64,000 nucleotides of DNA from an uncultured Alphaproteobacteria bacterium (GCA_947630965.1 CANRJO010000002.1:5038-69037), one strand, 5' to 3'; positions 1 to 9,470 are shown, numbered from the stretch's first letter. Program-made: numbers and translations. Notes: generated by a model not told the origin, from the letters alone.

Positions 1-154
1 AACCATGGCGCCGCGCACGGACAATTTTACTGGGTTGGAATGTTCTTTTCATAAGTTTTCTCCGGTTAATTATTGTTATTTAAAGCCTAAAAAAGGCTCT
101 CGGTATTTGTTCAAGAGCCTTATAACTTGCTTTTTTTCTTGAGTCAAGCAAAAA

Positions 155-1510
155 TTATAACGGAATGGCAATTAAAACTTTTAAGCCACCCATGCTGCTT
201 TTATCAAGCGTGATGGTTCCGCCGTGCGAAACAATAATGTCTTTGGCAATGGAAAGCCCCAAGCCGACACCACCTGTTTCCTTGTTGCGTGAGCCCTCAA
301 TGCGGTAAAACGCCTTGAAAACCTCTTCACGCTTGTCTTTGGGAATGCCAGGGCCGTCATCTTCCACCGTGATTTCCATTTTGTTATTATTGCTTTCAAG
401 GTTTACAGCAACAGTTTTGCCATAATAAAAAGCATTGGAGATGATGTTTGTGAGGGCGCGTTTTAAGGCTTGCTCACGCCCTTGAATGGCGCTGACTTCA
501 TCGTGCGTGGTATAACGAATGAGCGCTTTGGAGTTGCGGAATTTGTTTAAAATACTCATAATCAGCTCATTCATATCTACAAAGCTGTTTTGCTCACCTG
601 CCTCGCCGCTGACAAACGCTAAATAACCGTCTAGCATTTTTTCCATTTCGCTGATGTCTTCCAAAAACTCTTTGTTATCCGTGTTTTTGGGCAACATCGC
701 GAGCTGAAGTTTCATGCGCGTTAAAGGCGTGCGCAAATCATGCGAGACGCCTGCGAGCATTTGCGTGCGCTCAGAAATCTGCCTGTTAATGCGCTCTTTC
801 ATCTTGGTAAAAGCAATGCCCGCCTTGCGCACCTCGGATGATCCGTAAGGCTTGAAAGGCGTGTTGATGCCTTTACCAAAGTCTTCCGCCGCCTCAGCAA
901 GTTGCTTGATGGAGCGTGCTTGGACTCGTAAAAACATGGTTGATACCACAAAAAGCAAAAGCGAAGTGCCGACCATCCATGCGATAAACCCGAAGATTGA
1001 GGTGCTAAAAATGTTTTTGGTGGGTGTTTCAAAACGGAACAGGCCGTTTCCTGTGTCAATTAAAGCCAAAAGCGTAGAACGCCCCTCTTCAAGATAAAGT
1101 TGGGTTAAGGCATCAGGAAAATCCGCTTTCAAAGACTCTTCAAAAAAGCCCGTGACAAGCTTGTTTTGTTTGGAGGTTTTGCTTAAAACGGAATGTTTTG
1201 TTTCATTATCATAATATGTGACATCCAGATCATATAAATTGTGCGAAAGCATTTTAATTTTTCCAAATTGATCGGGGAAATCCTCGGTTAACTGCACAAC
1301 AAAAGCCATATTTGAGGACAAATTATTGGAAAGCCTGCGTCCTACCTTGCTCCAGTTGCCGTTAAAAAATGCGATGATGGACACAACCTGAACCACAATC
1401 AGCGGAATAAAAATCAGGAGCATGGTGCGGAAAAACAGCGTTTTCGGCAGAAGCTTCAATTTGAGGTAACGAAGTAAGTTATCTACTTTATTCGGAAATG
1501 TAATATGCAT
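155..1510 (-). CDS. Sensor histidine kinase, EnvZ/ChvG-like (two TM segments, HAMP, HisKA H-box, HATPase)
   Basis: Translated ORF carries an H-box SHDLRTPLTRM and a G-box GGTITLDKSSMGGLKV. The N-terminal half is hydrophobic. It sits immediately next to an OmpR-family regulator. Confidence 0.85.
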   Translation of the reverse strand: MHITFPNKVDNLLRYLKLKLLPKTLFFRTMLLIFIPLIVVQVVSIIAFFNGNWSKVGRRLSNNLSSNMAFVVQLTEDFPDQFGKIKMLSHNLYDLDVTYYDNETKHSVLSKTSKQNKLVTGFFEESLKADFPDALTQLYLEEGRSTLLALIDTGNGLFRFETPTKNIFSTSIFGFIAWMVGTSLLLFVVSTMFLRVQARSIKQLAEAAEDFGKGINTPFKPYGSSEVRKAGIAFTKMKERINRQISERTQMLAGVSHDLRTPLTRMKLQLAMLPKNTDNKEFLEDISEMEKMLDGYLAFVSGEAGEQNSFVDMNELIMSILNKFRNSKALIRYTTHDEVSAIQGREQALKRALTNIISNAFYYGKTVAVNLESNNNKMEITVEDDGPGIPKDKREEVFKAFYRIEGSRNKETGGVGLGLSIAKDIIVSHGGTITLDKSSMGGLKVLIAIPL

Positions 1511-1525
1511 AAGTATCTCCTTTAT

Positions 1526-2212
1526 TTATTCGGGCAGAAGCATATAGCCTTTGCCGCGAATCGTTTGTAAATGACGCGGGTTTTTAGAATCTTTTTCAAT
1601 TTTTTTCCTTAAGCGGGTGATTTGCACATCAATGGAACGCAGGCTTTGATCGCCACCCAAAATTTCCGAGAGTTCCTCTCGTGATAAAATCTGCCCCGAT
1701 TTCATGGCGAGCGCGTTTAATAATGCCTGCTCCACCGGCGTGATATGAATAATATTGCCTGATTTCGTTAAAAGCTCTTTTTTAGACGGATCAAAAATAC
1801 ATAGCCCTAAATCCAACGGGGCATTTTCATCATTTTTTTGAGGCGCGCGTTTTAAGATGTTTTTAACTCTCAAAACAAGCTCCTGCGGTTCAAACGGTTT
1901 GGGCAGATAGTCATCCGCGCCGTTTTCCAGCCCTTTGATCCGATCACACGTTTCACCCATGGCGGTCAGCATCATCACCGGCACATTATTTTCAAGGCGT
2001 AACGCTTTTAAAAAGTCAAAGCCGTTTTCGCCGGGCATCATTACGTCAACAATCAAAAGGTCAAACTTATATTGTTTGAGGAACATGCGCGCTTCGGCGG
2101 CGTCTTTGGCGCCACTGACGGTAAAACCATTTTCACGCAAAAAGCGCTGAAGCAGATTGCGCAGCCTTGTATCATCATCAACAACTAAAATGTGCGGTTC
2201 GTCACTTTGCAT
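1526..2212 (-). CDS. OmpR-family response regulator (receiver plus winged-helix DNA-binding domain)
   Basis: N-terminal receiver motifs ILVVDDD and DLLIVDVMMPGENG. C-terminal winged-helix region ...ITRLRKKIE....GKGY. Adjacent to the histidine kinase, 16 bp upstream. Confidence 0.9.
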   Translation of the reverse strand: MQSDEPHILVVDDDTRLRNLLQRFLRENGFTVSGAKDAAEARMFLKQYKFDLLIVDVMMPGENGFDFLKALRLENNVPVMMLTAMGETCDRIKGLENGADDYLPKPFEPQELVLRVKNILKRAPQKNDENAPLDLGLCIFDPSKKELLTKSGNIIHITPVEQALLNALAMKSGQILSREELSEILGGDQSLRSIDVQITRLRKKIEKDSKNPRHLQTIRGKGYMLLPE

Positions 2213-2859
2213 TAGGCTCTCTTTTTGGTTTTTGCAGTGCGCGCTTTTGAGGCGGCTTTCGGTGTGGGCGCTTTTTTCACCACAATTTTTGCCTCAACCG
2301 TTTTAACCTTTTCCAAAGAGCGGATATAATCCAAGCTCTTTTGGAAATACTGATAACCTGTGATAAATGTTAAAACGGCGGCAATCCAGAGCAAAAACTC
2401 GCCAATTCTGCCCCAAACCCAAAAACCGTTAAAAAGCATCATGGACAGGGCTGTCATCTGGAAACCCGTTTTCCATTTTGCCAAGCGCGTGACCGGCAAC
2501 CCAACATTGACTTCACGCAAAAACTCGCGCAGGCCGGAAACCAAAATTTCGCGGCACAAAATAACAAACGCGGGAATGTAACTTAAGGTTGTCCAAAGCA
2601 TTCCAGGCTTGACTAAAATCACAACCAACGCGGATGTGACCAAAAGTTTATCGGCAATGGGGTCAAGCAAACGCCCAAGTGCCGATGTCTGATGGCGCAG
2701 GCGCGCGAGGTAACCGTCAAAATAGTCCGTGATGGCGGCCATCACAAACAAGACGGCCACAAACATGGAGCAGGCAAAAGATTGCACATAGGCTGAGAGA
2801 AAGATAAAAACAATTACGGCAATCCTTGATATTGTGAGCATATTCGGCAGATTATACAC
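2212..2859 (-). CDS. pgsA: CDP-diacylglycerol--glycerol-3-phosphate 3-phosphatidyltransferase with a Lys/Ala-rich C-terminal tail
   Basis: CDP-alcohol phosphatidyltransferase motif DYFDGYLAR....GRLLDPIADKL. Multiple TM helices. Confidence 0.8.
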   Translation of the reverse strand: MYNLPNMLTISRIAVIVFIFLSAYVQSFACSMFVAVLFVMAAITDYFDGYLARLRHQTSALGRLLDPIADKLLVTSALVVILVKPGMLWTTLSYIPAFVILCREILVSGLREFLREVNVGLPVTRLAKWKTGFQMTALSMMLFNGFWVWGRIGEFLLWIAAVLTFITGYQYFQKSLDYIRSLEKVKTVEAKIVVKKAPTPKAASKARTAKTKKRA

Positions 2860-2912
2860 GGCATTTTCCCTTCATAAAAATTTTCCAAACAAATATAGTA
2901 TAAAACTTTTTT

Positions 2913-4769
2913 TTAATGATGGAAGTATTTAAATATTTTTTCAGCCGTTTTTTTACTGATGCCTTCCACTTTCATCAAATCTGGGATGAGCGCCTGTTTA
3001 ATATCCTCCGCCGAGCCAAAGTGCGCAAGCAGATCGCGCTTTCTTTTGGCGCCAATGCCCTCAATTTCATCAAGACTTGATTTATAAATGGATTTTGCGC
3101 GTTTTTTGCGGTGCGTGCCAATTGCGAATCGATGCGCCTCGTCGCGCAGATTTTGTAGATAAAACGCCACAGGCGATCGATACGGCAATGCAAAGCTTTC
3201 ACGCCCCAAAATATGGTAAAATTCTTTGCCTGCGTTGCGCTCTGGACCTTTGGATATGGCAATAATCGTGATGCCTGTTAAATCAAAATTTTTCAGGCTT
3301 TCATGCACGGCGTGAAGTTGCCCTAAACCGCCGTCAAGCAAAATGACATCGGGGCGATTTTCGGGCGTTAGTTTTTCAAAACGGCGCGTTAAAACTTCTT
3401 GCATCATGGCGAAGTCGTCGTTTGTGATGTTTGGGTTTTTGATGTTAAACGTGCGGTAGGCTTTTTTATCAAAGCCTTCGGGGGTTGCCACAACCATAGC
3501 CCCCACGGCAAAACTTCCCTGATTGTGCGAGTTATCATAAATTTCTATGCGTTTGGGAAGGTTTGGCAACCCGAAATATGTTTTCATTTCCTCAAGGTTT
3601 TTCTGCACCGAAGATTCCATGGCAATTTTCCGTTCCAGTGCCGCCAGAGCATTATTTTTGGCATTTTCAATCAGTTTTGCTTTTTTGCCGCGTTCAAATG
3701 TTAAGATTTTAACGCCGAGCGCTTCTTCCAAAAAGTTTGCGCTATCTAAAGTTTCAGAAATATAAATTTCTTTGGGCGGGATGTGATTGGCATAAAACTC
3801 ACTGATAAATGCCTCCAAAATTTCAGCATCTGTCGCGTCTTCTGTTTGTTTCGGGAAATATGGCACATTGCCGCAGTTTTGCCCGCCGCGAATGATAAAA
3901 AGCTGAATGCAGACTAGTCCGTTTTTGCGCGCAATGGCAATAATATCAACAGATTTCAAGTCAGCATATTCCACCAAATAACCCGTCTGAACCGAGGTCA
4001 GAGCCTTGATTCTATCACGCAACGCCAAAGCCTGCTCGTAGTCCATATTTTCACTTGCGGCGCGCATTTGCTTGGAAAGCGTTTCCTGAATTTTGGCATT
4101 TTTGCCTTCCAAGAAATCCACCACATCGCGGACAAGCGCGCGGTAATCATCCTTGCTGATTTTATCACAACACGGCGCCGAGCAACGCTTAATTTGGTAT
4201 AAAAGGCACGGGCGCTCGCGGTTTTTGAACTGTGTGTCGCGACAAGAACGGAGCAAAAACGCCTTTTGGAGCGTGTCCATCACGTTGTTGACCGCCATGG
4301 CGTTCACAAAAGGTCCGAAATAGCGGCATTTATCGGCGCGGCGTCCACGGGCTTTGCGCAGGGCGGGATAATCTTCCGCCAAGTTAATCATCAGGTGCGG
4401 AAAGGTTTTATCGTCTTTGAGCAAGATGTTAAACCGCGGCGAAAAGCGCTTAATCAGCTCATTTTCCATTAAAAGCGCCTTTGCCTCGTTTTCAACAATA
4501 ATAAACTCCATGCGATCCACTTCCGCCACCATGCGCTTTAAGCGAAGCGGTAATTTATCAAACTTAGTGTAAGCCACAATGCGCTTTTTGATGTTTTTGG
4601 CTTTGCCGACGTAAAGAACCTCGCCCGAGGCGCTGATCATGCGGTAAACGCCCGGCTTTTCAGGTGCAAGCCGAACATTTTTTTCAAGAACTTCTAAACC
4701 GTGTTGAATATTTGACATCTTTACCTCATGAGGTATAATATAACGCATATTTTTGAAAAGTGAAAACAT
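2913..4769 (-). CDS. uvrC: Excinuclease ABC subunit C
   Basis: N-terminal GIY-YIG motif (GVYRMISASGEVLYVGKAKNIKKRI), a UvrBC-interaction region, and C-terminal RNaseH-like and HhH regions. 618 aa. Confidence 0.9.
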   Translation of the reverse strand: MFSLFKNMRYIIPHEVKMSNIQHGLEVLEKNVRLAPEKPGVYRMISASGEVLYVGKAKNIKKRIVAYTKFDKLPLRLKRMVAEVDRMEFIIVENEAKALLMENELIKRFSPRFNILLKDDKTFPHLMINLAEDYPALRKARGRRADKCRYFGPFVNAMAVNNVMDTLQKAFLLRSCRDTQFKNRERPCLLYQIKRCSAPCCDKISKDDYRALVRDVVDFLEGKNAKIQETLSKQMRAASENMDYEQALALRDRIKALTSVQTGYLVEYADLKSVDIIAIARKNGLVCIQLFIIRGGQNCGNVPYFPKQTEDATDAEILEAFISEFYANHIPPKEIYISETLDSANFLEEALGVKILTFERGKKAKLIENAKNNALAALERKIAMESSVQKNLEEMKTYFGLPNLPKRIEIYDNSHNQGSFAVGAMVVATPEGFDKKAYRTFNIKNPNITNDDFAMMQEVLTRRFEKLTPENRPDVILLDGGLGQLHAVHESLKNFDLTGITIIAISKGPERNAGKEFYHILGRESFALPYRSPVAFYLQNLRDEAHRFAIGTHRKKRAKSIYKSSLDEIEGIGAKRKRDLLAHFGSAEDIKQALIPDLMKVEGISKKTAEKIFKYFHH

Positions 4770-4841
4770 AATTTTACGATTTTGCTTGCATTTTTGTTTT
4801 GAACGTGTTATATGTAAGGCAAATTTTGGAATGGATGTTAG

Positions 4842-5201
4842 ATGATTATCAATAGTAATGATAAGTTACAAAGAAACATCTTGACCAACAAGTGTTTCTA
4901 CCAAACTACCGCTCAAATTATGCGCGATTTTGAGCAGAAGGGCTATGCCAACTCTGCCGATGAAACCGCTAAAGTAATTACTGCTTATCATGCCCTTGTT
5001 CAGAAAAAAACTAAAAACAACTACAGCAAAGATTATAATGAAGCTTTCGGCAAAATAGATAATGCCATTCGGAATATGGCGAACAAAGTTTTTTATACCT
5101 ATGATAAAGAAAGCTTTGATTATGCTTATCACTCCTTCCAAAATTTTGATTATATCAATGCCATTATCGGGCGGCAACGTATGAAAAAGCAAAAGCCTTA
5201 G
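4842..5201 (+). CDS. Hypothetical protein (119 aa)
   Basis: Intact ORF between uvrC and a gpsA-like gene. No recognisable motif. Its AT-rich upstream region is consistent with a promoter. Confidence 0.35.
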   Translation: MIINSNDKLQRNILTNKCFYQTTAQIMRDFEQKGYANSADETAKVITAYHALVQKKTKNNYSKDYNEAFGKIDNAIRNMANKVFYTYDKESFDYAYHSFQNFDYINAIIGRQRMKKQKP

Positions 5202-5292
5202 GGTGGCTGTTGACTTTTTTGTTTTATCCGTTGCAAACTTTATAACGCCTTATTAAACTTATTTTATCAGAAACAATAAAAAAGAGGAACTT

Positions 5293-6255
5293 ATGAAACA
5301 AATCTCTCTCATTGGGTGCGGGCGTTGGGGCACGTTTTTAGGTTGGTATGCCGCCAACTATTGTGTTGACCAAGTTTTACTTTACGATATTCCGACATCA
5401 CCGAATTTTATTGAGCTTAAAGAAACGCGCAAAAACGCCTATTTAAGCTTAAGCGACAATATGTATTTGAAAGAGAAAATTGCCGATGTTTTAGAATCAG
5501 ATGACATCATCATCTCTATCGGATGCCAACATTTGAGGAGTTTGGCGCGTGAGCTCAATGGTTATAATTTGGCGGGCAAAAACTTTTTACTCGCGATGAA
5601 AGGGCTTGAGGAGCCGAGCGGCACCATTTTGGTTGATGTATTCCGCCAAGAAGTTAAGCAAGATGTGCATGTGGCGTGCCTTGGCGGCCCGGGTCATGTG
5701 CAGGATTATATGAAAAAAGTGCCCTCTTGCGCTGTGATTGACAGTTATGAAGAGGCGGCTAAAGAACATTGGATTAATTTGTTGCAAAGTGATCTCATCC
5801 GTTTTTATTACGGCAATGACGTGATTGGCAATCAGATTGGGGCGGCGCTTAAAAACGTAGTCGGTCTTGCCGCCGGCATTTTAGACGGTTTAGAGTGGTA
5901 TGGTCTTAAAGGCGCTTTAATGGCGCGCGCGCCTGTTGAAGTTGGGCGCTTTATCAAGCATTATGGCGGCAACCCGCTTTCAGCGTATGGCTTGGCGCAT
6001 TTAGGCGATTATGAAGCCACGCTTTTTTCAAAGCACAGTCACAACCGCATGTATGGCGAGATGTTTGCCAAAGGCGAGCGTTTCGGCAAGCTTGCCGAGG
6101 GTGTGCCAACGCTTAAAGCGGTTAAGCTGATTGCTGATAAGGAAAATATCGATATGCCGATTTGCCAGATGCTTTATAAGGTGATTTATGAAGAGGCAGA
6201 GATTAAGGAATCGATTAGGGTGCTATTTGATCGTTCCCTAAAAAGAGAATTTTAA
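5293..6255 (+). CDS. NAD(P)H-dependent glycerol-3-phosphate dehydrogenase family protein (divergent GpsA-like)
   Basis: N-terminal Rossmann motif ISLIGCGRWGTFLGWYAA. The length of about 320 aa and the overall layout are typical of GpsA. A GAGG RBS lies upstream. Confidence 0.55.
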   Translation: MKQISLIGCGRWGTFLGWYAANYCVDQVLLYDIPTSPNFIELKETRKNAYLSLSDNMYLKEKIADVLESDDIIISIGCQHLRSLARELNGYNLAGKNFLLAMKGLEEPSGTILVDVFRQEVKQDVHVACLGGPGHVQDYMKKVPSCAVIDSYEEAAKEHWINLLQSDLIRFYYGNDVIGNQIGAALKNVVGLAAGILDGLEWYGLKGALMARAPVEVGRFIKHYGGNPLSAYGLAHLGDYEATLFSKHSHNRMYGEMFAKGERFGKLAEGVPTLKAVKLIADKENIDMPICQMLYKVIYEEAEIKESIRVLFDRSLKREF

Positions 6256-6280
6256 GGAAACCCATCTCATGGGCGCCTAG

Positions 6281-6357
6281 AGTGATTTTTTGCTCAAAAG
6301 TGTCCTCATGTACCTTTTACGTACACTCCGGTACTTTTGAGCAAAAAATCACTCTAA
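6281..6357. repeat. Palindromic repeat element A (~77 bp, ~22-bp perfect inverted arms)
   Basis: agagtgattttttgctcaaaagt...acttttgagcaaaaaatcactct. Copies also occur at 43140-43215 and 61881-61953. Each lies just 3' of a gene end. Confidence 0.8.
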
Positions 6358-6369
6358 TCACCTCATTAT

Positions 6370-6630
6370 CTGGCTTTCCTTGCTTTGGCGTCTGTCGCCG
6401 CCTCGCAAGCTAACATACGCGTGATGTCGCCTATAAAACAATAATTACTTTTATTGTTTTATAGGCTTTCTTGCTCGTAAGCTCTGCTCTATGAGCAATC
6501 GCTAACTCGCTTCGGTCACCGCTCTGTAACGCTTGCTTTGGCGTCTGTCGCCGCCTCGCAAGCTAACATACGCGTTATCTCGCTTTCCAAACAACAATTA
6601 CTTTTGTTGTTTGGAAAGCTCTACTGTTAA
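6370..6630. repeat. Repeat element B, two tandem copies of a ~147-bp unit
   Basis: The string cttgctttggcgtctgtcgccgcctcgcaagctaacatacgcgt occurs at 6380 and again at 6527. A related copy is at 62031-62215 and fragments are at 25120-25150 and 25655-25690. Confidence 0.75.
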
Positions 6631-6915
6631 TTGGAGGCCGAGGGCGCGGAGGGCTTTGCAAATGGTTTCAAAGCGGGGTTTTGTGTTGCCGTTTAAGGAT
6701 TTATATAGTCCCTCGCGTGTGACACCCATTTTTTGAGCCAGTTCGTTCATCCCGCGCGCACGCGCGACATCATTGATGGCTTGAACCATAAATTCAGGGT
6801 CGTTTTCTTCAGCAGCTGCGCGTAAATAAGCAGCAATAGTCTCTTCGCTGTCAAGATAATCCACGACATCCCATTTGCTTAATTTACAGTCGTCTTTTGT
6901 AACTTTTAGAGACAT
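6598..6915 (-). CDS. HigA-family addiction-module antidote protein (HTH antitoxin)
   Basis: Sequence of the DNA-binding HigA/antidote type (…IAAYLRAAAEENDPEFMVQAINDVARARGMNELAQKMGVTREGLYKSLNGNTKP…). 105 aa. Confidence 0.65.
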   Translation of the reverse strand: MSLKVTKDDCKLSKWDVVDYLDSEETIAAYLRAAAEENDPEFMVQAINDVARARGMNELAQKMGVTREGLYKSLNGNTKPRFETICKALRALGLQLTVELSKQQK

Positions 6916-7009
6916 TTTTTCAACTCCTTTGCTTTTTCAATATCTTTGCTTTTAAGAGCTTAGATGTCAAGTTTTTTATTTTTGTATGACGTTGGGTGTG
7001 TCCGCCCCG

Positions 7010-7129
7010 ATACGTCACTCTGAGCGGAGCGAAGAGTCCAGGAGGAAAAACGAATCAAATTGTCATGCTGAACTCGTTTCAGCATCTTGTTTATGAGATC
7101 CCGAAACAAGTTCGGGATGACAATAAGGA
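7010..7129. repeat. Composite of small palindromic elements: type F (cgtcactctgagc…agagtccagga) followed by type E (two adjacent hairpins gtcatgctgaaYtcgtttcagcatc and atcccgaaacaagttcgggat)
   Basis: A near-identical E copy is at 24991-25052. F-like copies are at 24935-24973, 37497-37587, 44858-44897 and 62491-62530. Confidence 0.75.
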
Positions 7130-7280
7130 TGAGTTTGTTTTCACCTGGATTCTTCAACCCCTAAAGGGGTTTCAGAATGACGTACAGAGCGGGTTGCAGG
7201 CACCACCCGCCGTTCCACAGGATGACAGAGAGAGTAAAAGAAAAGGCGCCGGGAGGCGCCTTTTCTGAGGAAAGGAAGGA

Positions 7281-7955
7281 TTAATAATATTTCCAAGCAA
7301 CTGCTGGATTCTTTACATCGCACCATTTAATAGCCGTGGCAACAGCAACGGGTGTTGGGGTACCCGAGTTCCCGCCATGCGCGTCAGGTGATCCAATGTC
7401 GTTACTACTATTGCCGACGTAAAACTTGTCCAAGCCATTAAATGGAGAGTCATCATAGCTCGCACTACCAGCACCTGCGGTAACACCAACAAGACCTGAG
7501 CCTTGCCCGGAGCCCCAATCGCCTGTTACAACCGTCACGCAAGCTTCCGTGCTCAGGCCGGTATATTCAATCGTAAATGCAGCACCATCATTAGCTGAGG
7601 ATAAATCAGAGGCTTTAATATATACTTTACCACCAAATGCGTTGGATAACTCAAAATCAGAGTCTGAAGAGTAATTAGACGCAGTCAACTGTGTGGCATT
7701 GTACATATCATTCGGGACAATACCGAACTTAACGGCTTGACCGTTACCTAAGCCCACGTATGTGCCTTGAGTGGAAAATAATGTACGGATGTTTGCCACC
7801 AACATGGAAACCTGATCCGTTGTCTTGTTAATTTTGTATTTGTTCATGGCCTTGGAATAACCGGCGATACCGCCAACGGACAACACGCCGATAATGGCAA
7901 GCACGCCTAACATTTCAACCATCGAACGGCCCTGCTCGTTAAAATTTCTCATCAA
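7281..7955 (-). CDS. Type IV pilin-like protein with a prepilin-type N-terminus
   Basis: N-terminus MMRNFNEQG|RSMVEMLGVLAIIGVLSVGG: a short basic leader, Gly at the cleavage site, Glu at +5, then a hydrophobic helix. 224 aa, with a Gly/Ser-rich C-terminal half. Confidence 0.6.
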   Translation of the reverse strand: MMRNFNEQGRSMVEMLGVLAIIGVLSVGGIAGYSKAMNKYKINKTTDQVSMLVANIRTLFSTQGTYVGLGNGQAVKFGIVPNDMYNATQLTASNYSSDSDFELSNAFGGKVYIKASDLSSANDGAAFTIEYTGLSTEACVTVVTGDWGSGQGSGLVGVTAGAGSASYDDSPFNGLDKFYVGNSSNDIGSPDAHGGNSGTPTPVAVATAIKWCDVKNPAVAWKYY

Positions 7956-8086
7956 ATTTCTCCTTTGTCATAATTGAATTATATGCCGTTGCCCAAGGGT
8001 ATCAGCATAAAAGGACAACCCCTTTAATATTGAGTTTAAGGCATAAGGTCTTAAAAATCTGTTAAAAAATAATACATTATTGGGGA

Positions 8087-8479
8087 TTAATTGTATATTT
8101 TTTTTGTTTTTTCGCCCGTTTCTATTGTTACCGTTGGGATTTTGACCTCTTCTATCGCTTTGCTTTTTTCGCGCACAATGCGGCAACTTCCGTATAAAAC
8201 ACCGTGTTTTAAGCTTGTTGGCGCCTCCGCGGCATACTCAAAATATTCCCCAGGGTTGAGCTCCGGTAACTCGCCCTTGAAGCCAACCTCGGTATTGTAA
8301 AAATTGTTGCCCTGCTCGTCCGTGATGCAAAAGTCTTTCCCTAAAAGCTGAATTTTCTCAAACGTGTTGTTCTCTATGCGCAGATAATATGCGCACGGGG
8401 CATCATCTAACATGGCTTGGCAGGCGGAAATTTCTATCCCGTTCGTTTGTGTGGTGATGTATTCCGGCTCAAATGACAT
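8087..8479 (-). CDS. apaG: ApaG-domain protein (DUF525)
   Basis: 130 aa. Conserved ApaG features YxLRIENNTxxxIQLLxKDFxITDExGN…GxxPxLxPGExFEY. Confidence 0.75.
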   Translation of the reverse strand: MSFEPEYITTQTNGIEISACQAMLDDAPCAYYLRIENNTFEKIQLLGKDFCITDEQGNNFYNTEVGFKGELPELNPGEYFEYAAEAPTSLKHGVLYGSCRIVREKSKAIEEVKIPTVTIETGEKTKKIYN

Positions 8480-8635
8480 TTTGTTTTCCTTACGTTTTTA
8501 ACTTTTAATTAACTTTTTAGGCAAAGAAAACCCTTATCTCCCTCTTGTCCACAAGAATCTCTTTCCTAAAACCGGCGGTTTTAAATAGAATCGAGAGGGT
8601 GAGGTGTTTCGGGAATGATAATATGATTCAATTTT

Positions 8636-8675
8636 TCCTGGATCCTTCACTGCGTTCAGGATGACGGAGGGAGGG
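8636..8675. repeat. Short repeat element D (cctggatccttcactgcgttcaggatgacgg)
   Basis: Further copies at 25069-25105 and 25623-25660. Variants at 54483-54520 and 62546-62601. Confidence 0.7.
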
Positions 8676-8689
8676 GGTTGCGCCTTTTA

Positions 8690-9463
8690 TTATTCCGCGG
8701 TTGTTTCCACCAAACGATCCAGACTTTCTGTTTCCGTTTCCTGATAACCCTTGAAATCTTCCGCCGCTTTTTCTGCCGCGGTTTCCGCCGCCTTTTCAGC
8801 CGCTTTTTCTATTTTGGGTTGGACAAGATCTTGAAATAGCTCTTCCGTCTTGGCTTTTTCTTCTTCCTGGTCTTTTTCTTTTGCCTTTTCTTTTTCTTCA
8901 TCTTTTGCTTTGGCTTTGTCCGCCTTTTTCTTTTCACCAAGGCCGACTTTTTCGCCCTCTTTCTTTAGCATCTCCATGGTGTCTTCAGGGATAAGGCTCT
9001 CAATCGGCGCTGCAAATTTGCCTGCTAACTGATAATAATGCGACTCCTTAAATATGCCTTCTTGCGATTCCTCAGGCAACAACCAACTCATTAAAATGTT
9101 AAACAAAATTACAATCAGCGCCGCGCGTACCACACCGAAGAACAATCCTAAAAGCCTATCTAAAGCGCTTAATTTACTCGTGCGCAGCTTGCCTACCATG
9201 CGATCCGTTGATAAAATCCACACCACGAAAAATACCACCAAAATCACAAGCCCCGTCACAATGCCTGACATCAGCTCGCTTGCAATGTATTTGTGCGCCA
9301 CGGGCGTTAAAACCGGCAGTAAATAGACTTCCAGAACTGCCACCAAAACCCAACCGACAATGGATAAAACCTCTTTGACGAAACCGCGGCAAAGCGCAAT
9401 CAGCGCCGAAATTGCCGTGATGATTAAGATGATGACATCCAAGTTATTGAGCTGCTGCATCAC
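8690..9463 (-). CDS. cvpA: CvpA-family membrane protein with a Glu/Lys/Ala-rich low-complexity C-terminal tail
   Basis: Four TM helices in the first ~110 aa with CvpA-like spacing. Gene order cvpA-radA is common in Proteobacteria. Confidence 0.65.
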   Translation of the reverse strand: MMQQLNNLDVIILIITAISALIALCRGFVKEVLSIVGWVLVAVLEVYLLPVLTPVAHKYIASELMSGIVTGLVILVVFFVVWILSTDRMVGKLRTSKLSALDRLLGLFFGVVRAALIVILFNILMSWLLPEESQEGIFKESHYYQLAGKFAAPIESLIPEDTMEMLKKEGEKVGLGEKKKADKAKAKDEEKEKAKEKDQEEEKAKTEELFQDLVQPKIEKAAEKAAETAAEKAAEDFKGYQETETESLDRLVETTAE

Positions 9464-9470
9464 ATTCTCC

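Noticed and set aside
1-154. Possible gene fragment at the window start
   Set aside because: No ORF of meaningful length. Likely the intergenic region downstream of the histidine kinase gene.
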